Source of the DNA: Schmidtea polychroa
Lineage: Eukaryota
NCBI GenBank assembly: GCA_044892525.1
Contig: CM097885.1
Location: 30,320,001 to 30,384,000, forward strand
Direction: 5' to 3'
DNA length: 64,000 nucleotides
In this document: positions 1-26,265 of the stretch, in pieces
Position numbering within the stretch: the stretch's first letter is position 1
How the letters are laid out: the number at the start of each line of letters is the position of its first letter
Position numbers and translations under genes: made by a program
Notes under the pieces: model-generated
What the model was told of the DNA's origin: nothing
Seen by the model: only the letters and a program-made list of their open reading frames with translations
Database searches by the model: none

Positions 1-399
1 TTAAAATGGATATTCGCAATAAAAATCAAAATAGATATATGGAGCCAAGGGAGCTTATTAAGAAGCTGCAAGAACGGAACTATAAAATAAAAATGGAAAT
101 ACTTTAATTAAAAATATTGAGTGGTTGAAAACTTTTAAACAAGGGGATGTGAGGTGTTCTAAAATATAAATTAAATAAGTATTGTATGTTGTCTGTATGT
201 TGAAATCCTTACTTATGCATTAATTATTTTTATAGAAACTCCTCAAACAAATTATGATTTGATTTGTTTAAGTACTATTGTGATTAAATAATAAAACGTT
301 GTATTCGAAATCTTGATTTTAAATGTATTCAATTAATACCAGACGTTATGTGGATAACACCGAAAAAATAAGCACAAATGGAGGGAAATGACTAAATTG

Positions 400-625
400 A
401 AGAACAATGTAACAATAAATAAGTCACAAAAACAAACTTTTGAACATGTTGGAATCCATTTGTCTAATCCAGTACTTAGTTATGGTCAATCATGTGGATT
501 TTTACGATGTCGGTCTCGCGAAAACAATAAAGTCAAGATCTCCAAAATATGTCTCCAAGGAAATCGTTATGAACAATCGAAATTGAATAATAATAATGTT
601 TGTACATAAAATATCGTGTATATAA
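400..625 (+). pseudogene. Helitron Rep-helicase C-terminal remnant (Pif1-like helicase motifs V/VI)
   Basis: TINKSQKQTFEHVGIHLSNPVLSYGQ matches the Pif1/Helitron signature TINKSQGQT..VG(I/L).L..PVFSHGQLYVA.SR; degenerate, no upstream ORF. Confidence 0.75.
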
Positions 626-888
626 TTATTTTTGTGAATTAAATAATTCATCAATCTAGATGTTGGAAAATAGTATTAAACTTTTCATTTCTTTATATTC
701 ATCAATCAACTATCAAAAAATATTCAACAAGGAAAAAAACAAAATTATCACCATCATCCTGGAAATGTGGCGGAAACTGTGACTATGATAACTTATTTTG
801 AAGGTTTCGGTAATAAATGACAAAATCTGTAAGTAGAATTTGTATTGAATGTAGAAATAGATCGAATGCAGCAGGGTTTATACATTTT

Positions 889-1560
889 TGGTCTGGTTCA
901 ATTTCCCGACAATCACTTTTCCGACAATCACTTTCCCGACAAACGGTTTAAAAAAGTCGATAATTCAGTTGAGTGTATTATTCGAGGCGAAGAACGTCCA
1001 AGGCAAAAGAAAAAAGTGATTGAAAGAGATAGAAGAATCTTAACATTTTTTAATAACAGTGGAAATTTAACTTTATTAGATTATCTTCGTGGCATTGCTC
1101 ATAGTGTTTCTTTATGAATAAGCTCTTTAAATTAAACATTTTTAATTTATTTATGTTTTAAATTTATGTTTAGTTTTCTAATATATTCTATTTACGTTTT
1201 TTAGCAGACAATTTTTGTTGATATTTTTTTATAATGCTTAGCTCAAGCTTTAATATTTATAAAAACCTTTATGAATATGAATTTCAAAACAGAAGTCTGA
1301 AAATTAAATTTTAATCCTTTCATTGATTATTCACTTATTTTTCAATTTATTTTTCAATTCTTATGACTCAAAATTAAATTATATTTATTATTTATTTTTT
1401 ACCTTGAATAATTATTTTTTTAACTTTTATTAAAAAAAAATTCACCTTAATTTTTTTTTTCTTATAACTAGTTTTAACTTAAATAATTTCTATTTATTAA
1501 AGTGATTGTGGGAATGTGATCATGTCAGGAAAGTGATTGTCGGGAAAGTGATCGCCACCC
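889..1560 (+). mobile_element. Non-autonomous Mutator-like (MULE) element
   Basis: 9-bp direct repeat ATACATTTT at 880-888 and 1561-1569; subterminal inverted repeats of CCGACAATCACTTT / AAAGTGATTGTCGG; residual transposase C-terminus LLDYLRGIAH at about 1070-1105. Confidence 0.8.
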
Positions 1561-2399
1561 ATACATTTTATTCCTTTTAAAAAATGAGCTTAGAACATTT
1601 TTTATCAATCTTCTGTCTTTGAAAGATTTCATGGTTTTCTAAAGTACTATTATTTATCAATGGTGCGTTTTATCTCAAACTATCCGACAATAGGCGCTAT
1701 TTATCAAATGATAGTACCAGAGACATATTTGCTACTCTGTAACAAACTATAAAACAATTTATGAAAATTTCCTGCTTGATATTTATTTCCCAATTATGTT
1801 TTTTTATAATTACATAAACCGCTTTGTAAATAAGCAATTTACATACCGACAAATCATAACTTTCATGAACCAATATTTGCCAGATTTTATAAGATCTTAT
1901 ATTACTAACAAAATTACATTTGTTAGATCCGCTAATCATTAGAAACAAAAAAAATTCATCAATTAAACAAAAATGTATAAAAATATATATAGAAATGAAA
2001 ATTCTAAATATTTAGTTTCTCATTAATATCTTTCAATAACAATTTTATCGAAACGACTATGCAAAATTATGTTTATGCCTTATTCTTTAATCTGTTTAAT
2101 TTTGAAAATTGGGTAAGTTGTAAAAAGCCATTAAATTCAAAGCTTCTTCCATAATAATATTCAAACAACTCAAGCATTTGTAATTTTGACATTGTAATTG
2201 AAATATTTTTTATTGATTTTAATTTTAATTAATTTTAAAATGAAATATATAAAATTATTTTAGATAAATGAATTTAATTTGGTCAGCTATAATTTAAAGA
2301 GTTTCAAAATTCTTAAGTGACATTAATTAATTTCAGTAATAGGCGTAAAGTCTTAGTCATTGTCTAACTCTATAGAATCTATAATATTCACAAACTTAC

Positions 2400-12920
<10,521 letters not shown>

Positions 12921-15484
12921 TTTCAAAATTGAATATTATTTAGATGTTCATAATATTTAAATTGAAATATTTTAAGTGTTGTTATAGTTTTCAAAATGGT
13001 TAGAAATATTTAAACAAATTGCTTAGGAATTAGAGTAATATCAATTAATTTTTATTATATCACTTTTATGTTGATTTTTCATATAAAATAATAATGATGT
13101 CTGAATTTAAATATTGTAAAATAATATAGCATTAAATTTAAGGAATTATAACTTATTCAATTGTCTAAAATTTAACAAACTTAAATGACATTAATTATTA
13201 TTAATTTTAAAAGAACTATCTCCACAATAAAATTTTGCATTAGCTTGAAATTGATGGGTTAGGGTAGGTTAAAAAATGTTTTTATTTTGATCTTGTTCCG
13301 ATATCTATCCTTTACTCAGATGATACCCGTTGGTACTAAACCACGACTGATAAACTTTATATTCTAGTGGGTATAAAAATGATCGATAGAATGTATTTAG
13401 ATGTCAATTCATTTAGAACGTCTTATTTTTATTTTTAATGCTACTCGTTCTAATAATTAGTACTAATTCTAACTAGATTTTCCAACCGTGAAAATATTTA
13501 ATAAGCAATTTTCGAATGTTGCCTATATTAATTAAAATTAATAATTGTTATTAATTATTGTAGTTTCGCTAAGCCGGATGTGTGATGGTTTAAAATTTTC
13601 TAATGAAACGTAAGATTTACCAAATATCATTACTTCATCTTTTAATTAAATCATATACATATATATAGATCTACAATTTAACATTTCACGAATATCATAC
13701 ACTCTGTAAATCTTTGACTCACACTGGAAAATTATACATTTAAGTTGCAATCGCATTGTATTCATTTTCGTCTGTAATCATAACTAAATTTAATAATAAA
13801 GACCTACATTTCAACTCTTTATTTTAACACAATACTTTTTTTTAAACAAAAATATAAACTGTGTTATTTAAATATTTTTCAAAGGCATCAATAATTCATT
13901 TTATGAGCTATGATTTCAAACTTACATTTCTACATACAAAATTTCTATTTAACACTATTTTTAAAATTAAATTCAAAGGGTCGCCAAAGTACACAAATCA
14001 ATATAGAAGCTAGGGTCTTGGCATAATCGGACACGCTTTGCTATATTTTTACCAAACTTTTAAAACTCTACTAGTAATAATAATTTCATTGAAAATGCAA
14101 AGTGATATTGAAAATTTCGATTTATACAACATTTTGGAAAGATTTTTTTCACTAAATGTTAATAATTTAAATTTAATTGCTTAAAGATATATTCAAAAAG
14201 ACTGATTGCGTAATATTATTCAAACAATACATTTTGCTATATAATACATTTGCTATATAATAATATTTGATACCTAATACAATATATATTTTATTTAGAA
14301 ATTAATTATTTCCATAACACTAAATAAGTTCATATGTGATTAAAGACTTTCTTTGTGTGTTATAACAACATTTTTTCCAATTTCACAACTGATTTATTTT
14401 TTCATAAATTTTCGGCCCAGCCTTTAGTGAATATTAAATTCGTGCATATCAAAAACATTGATATATTTACTGATTTATAGTCTTCAAGCTCTATTTAATA
14501 AATTTCTTTATGTGCTTGTTCATTTTCTCGTTTCCTTGGTGAAGCATGATTTTATTTGATGATCAATCAGATTTTTAAGTTAGCCCCAACTATTGAGTGA
14601 AAGTCAAATTGACAAGGTTTAATGGAGTTGAATCAGTGAACTGAATAAACTCTTTGCCCTATTCCCTAGAATTGACCATCTGCCCCACTAGAAATAGATT
14701 TCAATAGATTTCAATCTTAACTATCTAATTTAATTTTATCTTTTATTTTTGTAATGTCTATAGGCATTTTCATTAATTTTAATTAAATTTATATAATTTT
14801 TTCATGTTATTATTTTTTGTTTTATATTATTTTGTATTATTTTTTGTGGATAAAATACTTTTAATTCGAACTTGTTGCTTGTGCATGTATGCGTTATTGT
14901 TTAAATAAAATAAAATCTCAAATGGGCTTTTTTGTCCAACAAAATTAACTCAACCAAGTAACTTACCTAGTACTAAGCACTGTCAACTAGATACCAAGTA
15001 CTTACAACCAGGTGACCACATGAAATTATTGGTTAAATAGGTAAATTAATTTTTAATTTTTTAATTAACTAATCAATGATCTAAAATATTAAAATTAATT
15101 TAAGATGAAAGTTTTCTGGGATTTTCAATGTTATTTGTAGATGCAAATCTTCGTCAATCATGACCACATGAAATTATTGGTTAAATATGAAAAAAAGGGT
15201 TATAATTAGTTGTTAAGTAAATTATGGTGTAAAATTAAGTAATAAAGAATAATTAGGAAAATTAAGGATAAGTAAATTAAGGTTCAAAATTTTAAATTAA
15301 AGAAAACAATGGTTTAAATTTTAAATTAAAGCTAAATGAGTAAATTAAAGTAATAATTTTTAAATAAGTAATGTAATAAGTAAATTAAACTAAGATTTTT
15401 AAATTTATTATCAAAAGATTGAATAACCACCAACTTTTTTGAGAAATGTAATTTATAATGAAAATTTAAATGGGAATTTTAATG

Positions 15485-15515
<31 letters not shown>

Positions 15516-18500
15516 TATAATAATAATTAAACAGTTACCAACAAACGGTTACTAAATATTTTTAACTAGGTGCTAACAAATACTTACAACATGATACCAC
15601 GTACTAACTAACTCTCAAACAACCAAGTAAAAACAACTAACTACTTACACTCAACTAAATATTCTTTATTGTATTTTATGAAATGCTTTTTAAATTAATT
15701 TTTTATCTGTCTTCAAAAATATGTTTAATTACAATCAATAGAAAAACCTTTTCATAATGTCTAAATTTAACAAAAAATGATGATTTTCATCAAAAAAAAA
15801 TGAATAATTGTCAACTCACCACTACGTGGAATTGATGATAATTTAAATTACAATGAAAGACTAATGAATTTTAATTTACAAAACATTCTTCTTTTAAATG
15901 ATAACTACTGACTTATTATTGCAATGTAAAATCGCATTCAATAAATACTTATTGTTGATCAGTTTTATTATATATACTCTGAGTTTATCCGACAGGATGT
16001 TTTGACCCCCTAAGGGTACTGGTCGTAAAGGTACTAGTCGTAGGGGTATTGGTAACACTCAACCACAACCTACCCATTAACTAGCTACTAAGTACTAACC
16101 ACTAGGTTTCAAACAACAACTGACAGTTACATACTAACAACTAGATACCAACTACTAACAACCAACAACAACCAGGTACTAAGCATTATCAAACTACAAC
16201 TATATAACAACAATCAGTAAACAACACTGTACCAACTATCAAATACAAGATACCAACAATATAGTATCATCAACCAGTAACTTACGAAGATGTACTAACA
16301 ACCAACAACAACCAGGTACTAAGCATTATCAACCTACAACTATATAACAACAATCAATAAAAAACACTGTACCAACTATCAAATACAAGATACCAACAAC
16401 TAGATACCAAGTACCAACAATCAACTAACCACACATAAAAATAATAGCAATTAAATACAAGATATTCTTCATCACATACACTATCATCTTATCAAAATCT
16501 AAAAAGTCAACCAACTACTTACAACCAACAACTATGTACTAACAAATTGATCTTTAAAAGAAAAATACTCATCACTTGAAAAATTAGATGGAAAATTGAT
16601 TGAATTCAAGGCATCAATAACTAGGTAAAAATTGATGAAATTATTGTAAAAATTTAAATTATTCAAAATAAATATCATAAAAATTTAATTAATGGACAAG
16701 AAAAAATTCTAATCATCAAGTAAATAAAAGAAAAATACTGATCATTCAAGTTGAATCAACTAAGATAATAAATTAATAAGATAGATCTAGTAGATAATTG
16801 ATTTAGATTGAATAAATTAATCTTTTAAGATTGGTATCTTATCGATAAGTACTTGTTAAAGATCATATATTCACCTCAAACTAACAAGATTCCTTAAAAT
16901 CCCTTAAATGACTATATTTCTACCCTTAATTCATATTATTACAAATATCATCTAAAAAGCATCAAATTTCCCTGAAATAACTCCAACTTTAAAGATTAGT
17001 ATTTTATCAATAAATATCCTTAAAAGGTTATATATTTACCTCAGACTAATAAGATTGCTTAAAATCCCCTTTAAATGACTATAATTCTAACTTTAATTCC
17101 TATTATCACGAATATTTCCCTATAAAACATGTAAAATAAATTGGTCATTAACCCTAAATAATTTATAAAATCTAATGATAAAACCAGTTATAATTAAATT
17201 TTTGTTATTCACTGTACTCGAAATTTAAAATAAATATAACTGACTAGGTCCCATTGAAAGATTAAATTTATCCATTCAATAAAATAAATTTCTTCAAATG
17301 GTCAACTTTTGTCGTTGTCCGTCTAAATAAAGATAAAAATAATTTAAAGTTGATATCAATCCCAATTATCTGTAAAGATTTCATTATCAAAACCAAGTAA
17401 ATCGATCATTATCCCTACTTAATAAAACATTGTTCTAAATTAATTTACTGTGCATTAATCACAACCTAATAAAACGATATAATTATTATTGATTCATAAC
17501 TGACTAATTGCAATTTCCCTTAAAACATTGATATTTTACCAACATCTCCCTTACAATGATATATTCCCATCAAAACCCCTCCTTCATTAAATTCAATCGA
17601 CTATATCCCCTTAAAAGATCATATTTTCCCACCTTATCCGATCCCTCATTAAATCTAACCGACTATATCTCCCTTAAAAGATCATATTTTCCCATCTTAA
17701 CCGATCCCTCATTAAATCTAACCGACTATATCTCCCTTAAAAGATCATATTTTCCCATCTTAACCGATCTCTCACCAAATATTTCTACCCTTTTAAACAT
17801 CTAACCAATTATATCCCTTAATTCTACCCACTTGAATCCTCCTTTAATTCACTCAATCCTCTTAAAATCCTTAGAGAGAATTCTTCAAAAATATGACTTA
17901 ATTGTTACAGACACCAGGCATTCTTCCATTGAAATAATTTAGAAGCTAAATAATAAGAGCCCACTAACCAATCAAAATCATGGAATGGCAGGGGAATAAA
18001 TATATTACGTTGCGGTATTTTAAAATTTAAATATATTTTAAAAACACATTTTGACGCTAAAGTCGACTTATGTAACAGACATAATAAACTCATTATTTTC
18101 TACAAATATTTACCATCAAATACCTAACTGGAGATGATATATATTGATTTATCTTAATTCTTCATCGATTCAGCCAATCATTTTCAAGCACAATCAGCAA
18201 ACTAAATTTCAGTATCCTGCAATAATTATCAAGTAAATTTAAAGTCCTTGATAAAGTTAACTGGTTTCTTAGCTTATGTTTTTTAAAGTGCATCAATGTG
18301 TAAATATTCTTAGAAAATTATTGAAAACATTATTTAGTCAAATATATTACAAAGTTATCATCAAATATTTATTCTATCACTTAATTATTAACCTAATTGT
18401 CAATGAAATTAATTTAAAATTTAAAAACTATTCAATAAAATACAACTAATTATCAAGAAATTAATTAAATTTATTACCATTAAAACCTTAAATTTTAAAA

Positions 18501-21500
18501 TATTCTTTCAGTCAACATGAAATTCTTAGAAAATTATTCAATATCCTCATCAAAATTTATCCTATCACTTGATTATTGTACAAACTTTAATTATTAACCT
18601 CATTATAAATAAATTTTTATTTAAAATTAAAAAACAAGTCAATAAAAATACATTCAATTATCAAGAAATTAATTAAATTAGCATTAAATTACAGATATTC
18701 ACAAAAAATTACGGAAATTCATGAAAATAATAGAAATTCACGAAAATGTTAGAAAATTACAAAAAATGATGGAAATTCACAAAAATGATAGAAATCCGCA
18801 AAAATAATAGAAAATTACAAAAATAATGGAAATTCACAAAAATGATAGAAATTCATAAAAATGATAGAAATCCGCAAAAATGATAGAAATTTACTTGAAT
18901 ATTTACTAAAACCATCAACTCTAAAAATTACCATTGAATGCCTTAAACAACAAATTTGCCTAAATAATCATTCAAATAGAAGCATTAAATGATCAGTACC
19001 CTTGCGACATGTTGAATGTGAGTGATACCCACAGAATATTTTGTCGGATAAACTCAAAGTATATATAATAAAACCCATTCAAATTTTTCATTGATTTAGT
19101 CAAATTATCATAAATTTCGATAAAAAATCTAAAGTGGTAAGCAATGAAAAAGACAATTATTCTTTAAACTATGATAAAATTAACAATGAAGGTGGTAAGA
19201 ATCTTCATTAAAGTGAGGAAATTATTCATTATTCGATGATAAATTCAAATGGGTGAAAATAATTGGTAGAATAATTCATTAATGGAGGTAAATACTGAGA
19301 ATGGGCATAGATAAGATGAAGGTTGATAATAATGGAAGTATATTAATTGAATTTATTTAAAATTATTTCAGAAAATTCATAAATTTAATAAAAAAAAACT
19401 TTTAAAAGAAATATTTGTGGGGATGTTTTAAGTGAATAATTAATAAAAATCGGCGGAATATAAGTAGAAAATCGGGGAATATAAGTGAATAATTAATGGA
19501 GAATCGGGGGAATATAGGGGATTAAATAGTGGGATAATGAGAATCGGTGGAATATAAGTGAGAAGGATATGTAATTTAAACTATTTTATTACGTAACAAG
19601 CCGCGGCTAATTTATTACATAACAAGCTGTGAATGGTATTTTACCAACATTATACCTGGTATATAATTTTAATTTTAATTGTATTTTTAAATTGTATATA
19701 TTTTCAATATCATTCTATTGTTTAATACCAATAATAAGTATAAAAAGTCTATAATGATTAATAAATTAATATCTTGTTAACATTTATCTGAGAATTTAAA
19801 AAACTTTACTTAAAATTTAGTGAAATATTTAATTTTGATTGTATTTTATAAGACATATATTTGAGTATTAACTTATTTTGATTGAAGTATTATATTCAAT
19901 ATTATGATGATTGTTTTCTAAATTAAAATATTTTAGTGTAAAATAGTAAATTTAATAATGAATAGAATACAATATTAAAGGACTTTTTAAAAAAAAATTA
20001 CTTTCTATTACCTAATTCCATCATTAAGTTTAAAAAGTCTATAACTGTTAATAAATTAATTTCTTATTTACATTTATTTAAAAAAGCTTTACTTATAAAT
20101 TTTATATTTTCTAAGACTTATATTTGAATATTAACTTATTTTGATTGAAAAGGGTAATTGATTTAGAAATTATTTAGTGTGAATCAAAACATTTAAATTA
20201 TTAAGGTATTAAAGTACCTATTCAAAAATTAAAAAAAAAGACATAATCAATAATTCTCAATAAAATACCATTTTCAGCTTGTTATGTAATAAAATAGTCA
20301 CGGCTTGTTATTTAATAAAATAGTCAGTCAGTTTATTATGTCTGTTACATAAGTCGTTTTAGCGTCAAAATGTGTTTTTAAAATATATTTAACTTTTAAA
20401 ATACCGCAACGTAATATATTTATTCCCCTGCCATTCCATGATTTTGATTGGTTAGTGGGCTCTTATTATTTAGCTTCTAAATTATTTCAATGGAAGAATG
20501 CCTGGTGTCTGTAACAATTAAGTCATATTTTTGAAGAATTCTCTCTGAGGATTTTAAGAGGATTGAGTGAATTAAAGGAGGATTCAAGTGGGTAGAATTA
20601 AGGGATATAATTGGTTAGATGTTTAAAGGGGTAGATATATTTACTGAGAGATCAGATAAGATGGGGATATAGTCAGTTAAATTTAATGAGGGATGGGTTA
20701 AGATGGGAATATATCATTGTAAGGGAGATATAGTCGATTGACTTTAATAAGAAATCGGTTAAGATGGGAATATATGATTTTTTTTAAGGATGATGTTGGT
20801 AAAATATCAATGTTTTAAGGGAAATGTCAATACATTAGTCAGTTATGAATCAATAATAATGTGAAATTATATTGTTTGATTAGGTTGTGATTAATGCACA
20901 GTAAATTAATTTAGAACAATGTTTTATTAAGTAGGGATAATGATCGATTTACTTGGTTTTGACAATGAAAACTTTACAGATAATTGGGATTGATATCAAC
21001 TTTAAATTATTTTTATCTTTATTTAGACGGACAACGACAAAAGTTGAGAAATATTGATTTAAAACATCAACAAACACTAAATAAAATTGATCTTTATTGG
21101 AAGAAATCTATCGATTGATTTTAATTAATAATTAAATTGGTTGAATATTGGTAAAAATGATCATTTGAAGAAATATATTTTATTGAATGGATAAATTTAA
21201 TCTTTCAATGGGACCTAGTCAGTTATATTGTAGTAATATTTATTTAAAATATCGAGTACAGTGATTAACAAAAATTTAATTATAACTGGTTTTATCAATA
21301 GTGAAATATGTATGATAATAGGAATTAAAGTTAGAATTATAGTCATTTAAAGGGGATTTTAAGCAATCTTATTAGTCTGAGGGGAATATATGATCTTTTA
21401 CGGGTACTTATCATTAAAATATCAATCTTTAAGGATAGAGTTATTTCAATGAAATTTGATGCTTTTTAGATGATATTTGTAATAATATGAATTAAGGGTT

Positions 21501-23204
21501 GAAATATAGTCATTTAAGGGATTTTAAGGAATCTTGTTAGTTTGAGGTGAATATATGATCTTTAACAAGTACTTATCGATAAGATACTAATCTTAAAAGA
21601 TATAGATATTTCAGGGAAATTTGATGCTTTTTAGATGATTTTATTGGAGAATTCATTTGGATATACCAATTATTCTCATTTAAATGAATTTTCTGGTTTG
21701 TTAGATGTTATCATTAGTTATCTAGTCTCTTTTGGAATTTAATGATAATTATTTTTATTGTAGATTGCTGACTTTGATAATTGTAATGAATTTATACTGA
21801 TTTTTTGAATATATTGAGAAATCAGTCAATCAATTTGAGTATATGTATTACTTTTAAAAAAATAATTAAAATTAATTTTATTTCAATTAATTTATTCAAT
21901 CTAAATCAATTATCTACTAGATCTTATTTCAAAGTTTTTATTAATTTATTATCTTAGTTGATTCAACTTGAATGATTAGTATTTTTTTTTATTTACCTGA
22001 TGATTAATGATTAAAATTCTTTCTTGTCCATTAATTAAATTTTTATGATATTTATTTTAAATAATTTAAATGTTTACAATTATTTAATCAATTTTTACCT
22101 AGTTATTGATGCCTTGAATTCAATTAATTTCTCATCCAATTTTTCAAGTGAAGAGTATTTACTTTTAAAGATCAATTTGTTAATACATAGTTGTTGGTTG
22201 TAGGTTGTTGGTTGTTAGTACTTGTTACTTGGTAGTTGGTATCTGATTGACTTTTTAGATTTTGATAAGAAGATATTGTATTTGATGAAGATTATTTTGT
22301 ATTTAATTGCTATTATTTTTATGTGTTGTTAGTTGATTGTTGGTACTTGGTATCTGGTTGATAGTATTTTGCTGATAGTCTTGGTATCTTGTTGTAAGTA
22401 CTTAACTGATAGCGTTTGGTATATTGTTGTAAGTACTTGGTATCTAGTTGAAAATACGTGTTTATAGTTACTGGTTGTTGGTACAACGTTGTTGGTATCT
22501 TGTATTTGGTAGTTGGTACAGTGTTGTTTACTGATTGTTGTTATATAGTTGTAGGTTGATAATGCTTAGTATCTGGTTGATGTACTTGGTATCTAGTTGT
22601 TGTTTGAAACCTAGTGGTTAGTACTTAGCAGCTAGTTAATGGGTAGGTGGGGGTTGAGTGTTACCAATATCCTTACGACTAGTACCCTTACGACTAATAC
22701 CTTTACGACCAGTACCCTTACGACCAGTACCTTTACGACCTGTACCCTTAGGGGGTCAAAACATCCTGTCGGATAAACACAGATACACAAATACTGATCA
22801 ACAATAAGTATTTATTGAATGCGTTTTTTACATTGCAATAATAAGTCAGTAGTTATCAATTAAAAGAAGAATGTTTTGTAATTTAAATTATTTTGAATTT
22901 CACTTGGTGTTTTAAAGTGATTGAGTTGTGGTTTTTTGATGAAAATCAACATTTTTGTTAAATTTGAAAAGGTTTTTCTACTGATTGTAATTAAAATTAT
23001 TATAGAAGCTGTATAAAAAAAAATTAATTTTAAAAAGCATTTCATAAAATACAATAAAAAATATTTAGTTGATTGTAAGTAGTTAGTTGTAAGTATCTGG
23101 TTGTTTGAGAGTTAGTATGTGGTATCACGTTGAAAGTATTTGTTAGCACCTAGTTAAAAATATTTAGTAACCGATTGTTGGTAACTGTTGAATTATTATT
23201 ATTA

Positions 23205-23252
<48 letters not shown>

Positions 23253-23689
23253 CATTTAAATTTTCATTTGACTTTGAAAAATATTTCATTAAAATTAACT
23301 TAAAAATTATTTCATTAAAATTTGTATTTAAAATTATCTTAAAAAATTTTGCATTTAAAATTAACTTAAAAAAATATTTCATTAAAAATTTTCATTAAAA
23401 ATTACATTTCTCAAAAAAGTTGGTGGTTATTCAATCTTTTGATAATAAATTTAAAATTCTTACTTTAATTTACTTATTTAGCTTTAATTTAAAATTTTGA
23501 CCATTGGATACTTAATTTTAAATTTTGAACCTTAATTTACTTATTTAAAATTTTTAACTTTAATTTACTTATCCTTAATTTGCCTATTTATCCTTTATTA
23601 CTTAATTTTACACCATAATTTACTAAACAACTAATTATAACCCTTATTTTCATATTTAACCAATAATTTCATGTGGTCATCTGGTTGTA

Positions 23690-25060
23690 AGTGTTTGGTA
23701 TCTAGTTGACAGTGCTTAGTACTAGGTAAGTTACTTGGTTGTTAGTACTTGATTGATAATGCTTAGTACCTGGTTGATGTTGGTTGTATGTACTTGGTAT
23801 CTAGTTGTTAGTAACTAGTTGTAAGTACTTGATATCAGGTAACTGGTTGTTAGTAACTAGTTGTAGGTACTTGGTATCTGGTAATTGGTTGTTAGTACTT
23901 GGTATCTGGTTGTTGGTTGTTAGTAACTAGTTGTATGTATCTGGTTGATGTTGGTTGTAAGTAGTTGGTAGGTGGTAGCTAGTTGGTTGCATGTTTTTGG
24001 TTGTTAGTATCTAGTTGTAGGTACTTGGTATCAGGTAACTGATTGTTAGCTGGTTGCTTTTGGTTGTTAGTGCTTGGTAGGTGGTAGTTAGTTGTTAGCT
24101 GGTTGTTGTTGGTTGTGAGTACTTGGTAGGTGGTTGTAGGTGCTTAGTAGTTGGTAACTGGTTGTTAGTACTTAGTATCTAGTACCTAGTTAGCTGGTTG
24201 TAGCTAGTTAATGGGTAGGTGGTTGTAGGTACTTAGTAGTTGGTAACTGGTTGTTGGTATCTAGTTGTAGGTATCTGGTTGATGTTGGTTGTAAGTAGTT
24301 GGTAGGTGGTTGTAGGTACTTAGTAGTTGGTATCAGGTAACTGGTTGTTAGTAACTAGTTGTAGGTTGATAAGGCTTAGTACCTGGTTGTTGACGGTTGT
24401 TAGTACATGGTATCTAGTTGTTAGCTGGTTGTTAGTACTTAGTAGCTAGTTAATGGGTAGGTGGTTGTAGGTACTTAGTAGTTGGTAACTGGTTGTTGGT
24501 ATCTAGTTGTAGGTACTGGGTAGCAGGTAATTGGTTGTTAGTAACTAGTTGTAAGTACTTGGTAGCAGGTAACTGATTGTTAGTTGTAAGTACTTGGTAG
24601 GTGGTTGTAGGTACTTGGTTGATGTTTGTTGTAAGTACTTGGTATCTAGTACCTAGTAGGTTGTTTTTGGTTGTTAGTACTTAGTAGTTGGTTGTAGGTA
24701 CTTGGTAGGTGGTAGTTAGTTGTTAGCTAATTGTTGTGGGTTGTTAGTACTTGGTATCAGGTAACTGGTTGTTAGTAACTAGTTGTAGGTATCTGGTTGG
24801 TAATACATGTTCGTAAGTTACTGGTTGTTGGTACTTAGTAGGTGGTTAATAATGCTTAGTACCTGGTTGTTGTTGGTTGTTAGTACTTAGTAGCTAGTTA
24901 ATGGGTAGGTGGTAGCTAGTTGTTAGTACTTGGTACCTAGTTGGTTGCATGTGTTTGGTTGTTGGTACTTGGTATCAGGTAACTGGTTGTAGGTATCTGG
25001 TTGTTAATACATGTTCGTAAGTTACTGGTTGTTGGTACTAAGTTGTTGGTTTGTTGTTGA
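23690..25060. repeat. Strand-biased G/T-rich degenerate repeat (TGGTTGTTAGTACTTGGTATCTAGTTGTAGG-like words)
   Basis: Seen directly; related blocks at 22180-22660 and, inverted, at 16060-16550. Confidence 0.9.
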
Positions 25061-25389
25061 ATTATTATTAAAATTTGTCTTTGAAAAATATTTCATAAAA
25101 ATTTTCATTAAAAATTATCTTAAAAATTTCCATCTAAAATTATCATTGAAAAATATTTCATTAAAATTTCTATTAAAAATTACTTAAAAAATTATTTCAT
25201 AAAAATTTTCATTAAAAAATTTCAATTCTCAAACACCTTCTATTATTTGTTAATAAATTTTAAAATCTTACTTTAATTTACTTATTACATTACTTATTTA
25301 AAAATTATTACTTTAATTTACTTATTTAAAAATTATTACTTTAATTTACTTATTTAAATTTTTTACCATTGATTACTTAATTTTAAAAT

Positions 25390-26265
25390 TTGGACCATAA
25401 TTTACTGTAATTTAATTTTTTAGAACCATAATTTACTGTAATTTAAAATTTTGGACCTTAATTTAATTTTTTTAGAACCATAATTTACTTTAATTTAATT
25501 TTTAGAACCAAAATTTACTTTAATTCAAAAATTTGGACCATAATTTACTTTTAATTTAATTTTTAGAACCATAATTTACTGTAATTGAAAAATTGGGACC
25601 ATAATTAACCGTAATTTAATTTTTTAGAACCATTATTTACTTTAATTGAAAAATTTGGACCATTATTTACTGTAATTTAATTTTTTAGGACCATTATTTA
25701 CTGTAATTGAAAAATTTGGACCATTATTTACTGTAATTTAATTTTTTAGAACCATTATTTACTTTAATTGAAAAATTTGGACCATTATTTACTGTAATTT
25801 AATTTTTTAGAACCATTATTTACTTTAATTGAAAAATTTGAACCATTATTTACTGTAATTTAATTTTTTAGGACCATTATTTACTGTAATTGAAAAATTT
25901 GGACCATTATTTACTGTAATTTAATTTTTTAGAACCATTATTTACTTTAATTGAAAAATTTGGACCATTATTTACTGTAATTTAATTTTTTAGAACCATT
26001 ATTTACTTTAATTGAAAAATTTGGACCATTATTTACTGTAATTTAATTTTTTAGGACCATTATTTACTGTAATTGAAAAATTTGGACCATTATTTACTGT
26101 AATTTAATTTTTTAGGACCATTATTTACTGTAATTGAAAAATTTGGACCATTATTTACTGTAATTTAATTTTTTAGGACCATTATTTACTGTAATTGAAA
26201 AATTTGGACCATTATTTACTGTAATTTAATTTTTTAGGACCATTATTTACTGTAATTGAAAAAAT
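25390..26265. repeat. Subterminal tandem array of about 30-bp monomers in about 60-bp dimers (ACCATTATTTACTGTAATT..)
   Basis: Seen directly; inverted homologue at 54760-55270. Confidence 0.95.

Noticed and set aside
1697..1948. ORF as the next LRP2BP exon
   Set aside because: An acceptor near 1932 would keep frame, but the translation does not resemble the LRP2BP C-terminus.
23690..25060. Interstitial telomere
   Set aside because: No TTAGGG periodicity; the repeat is a non-periodic patchwork inside element A.
25390..26265. CRISPR-like array
   Set aside because: Head-to-tail repeats without unique spacers, eukaryotic context, no cas genes.
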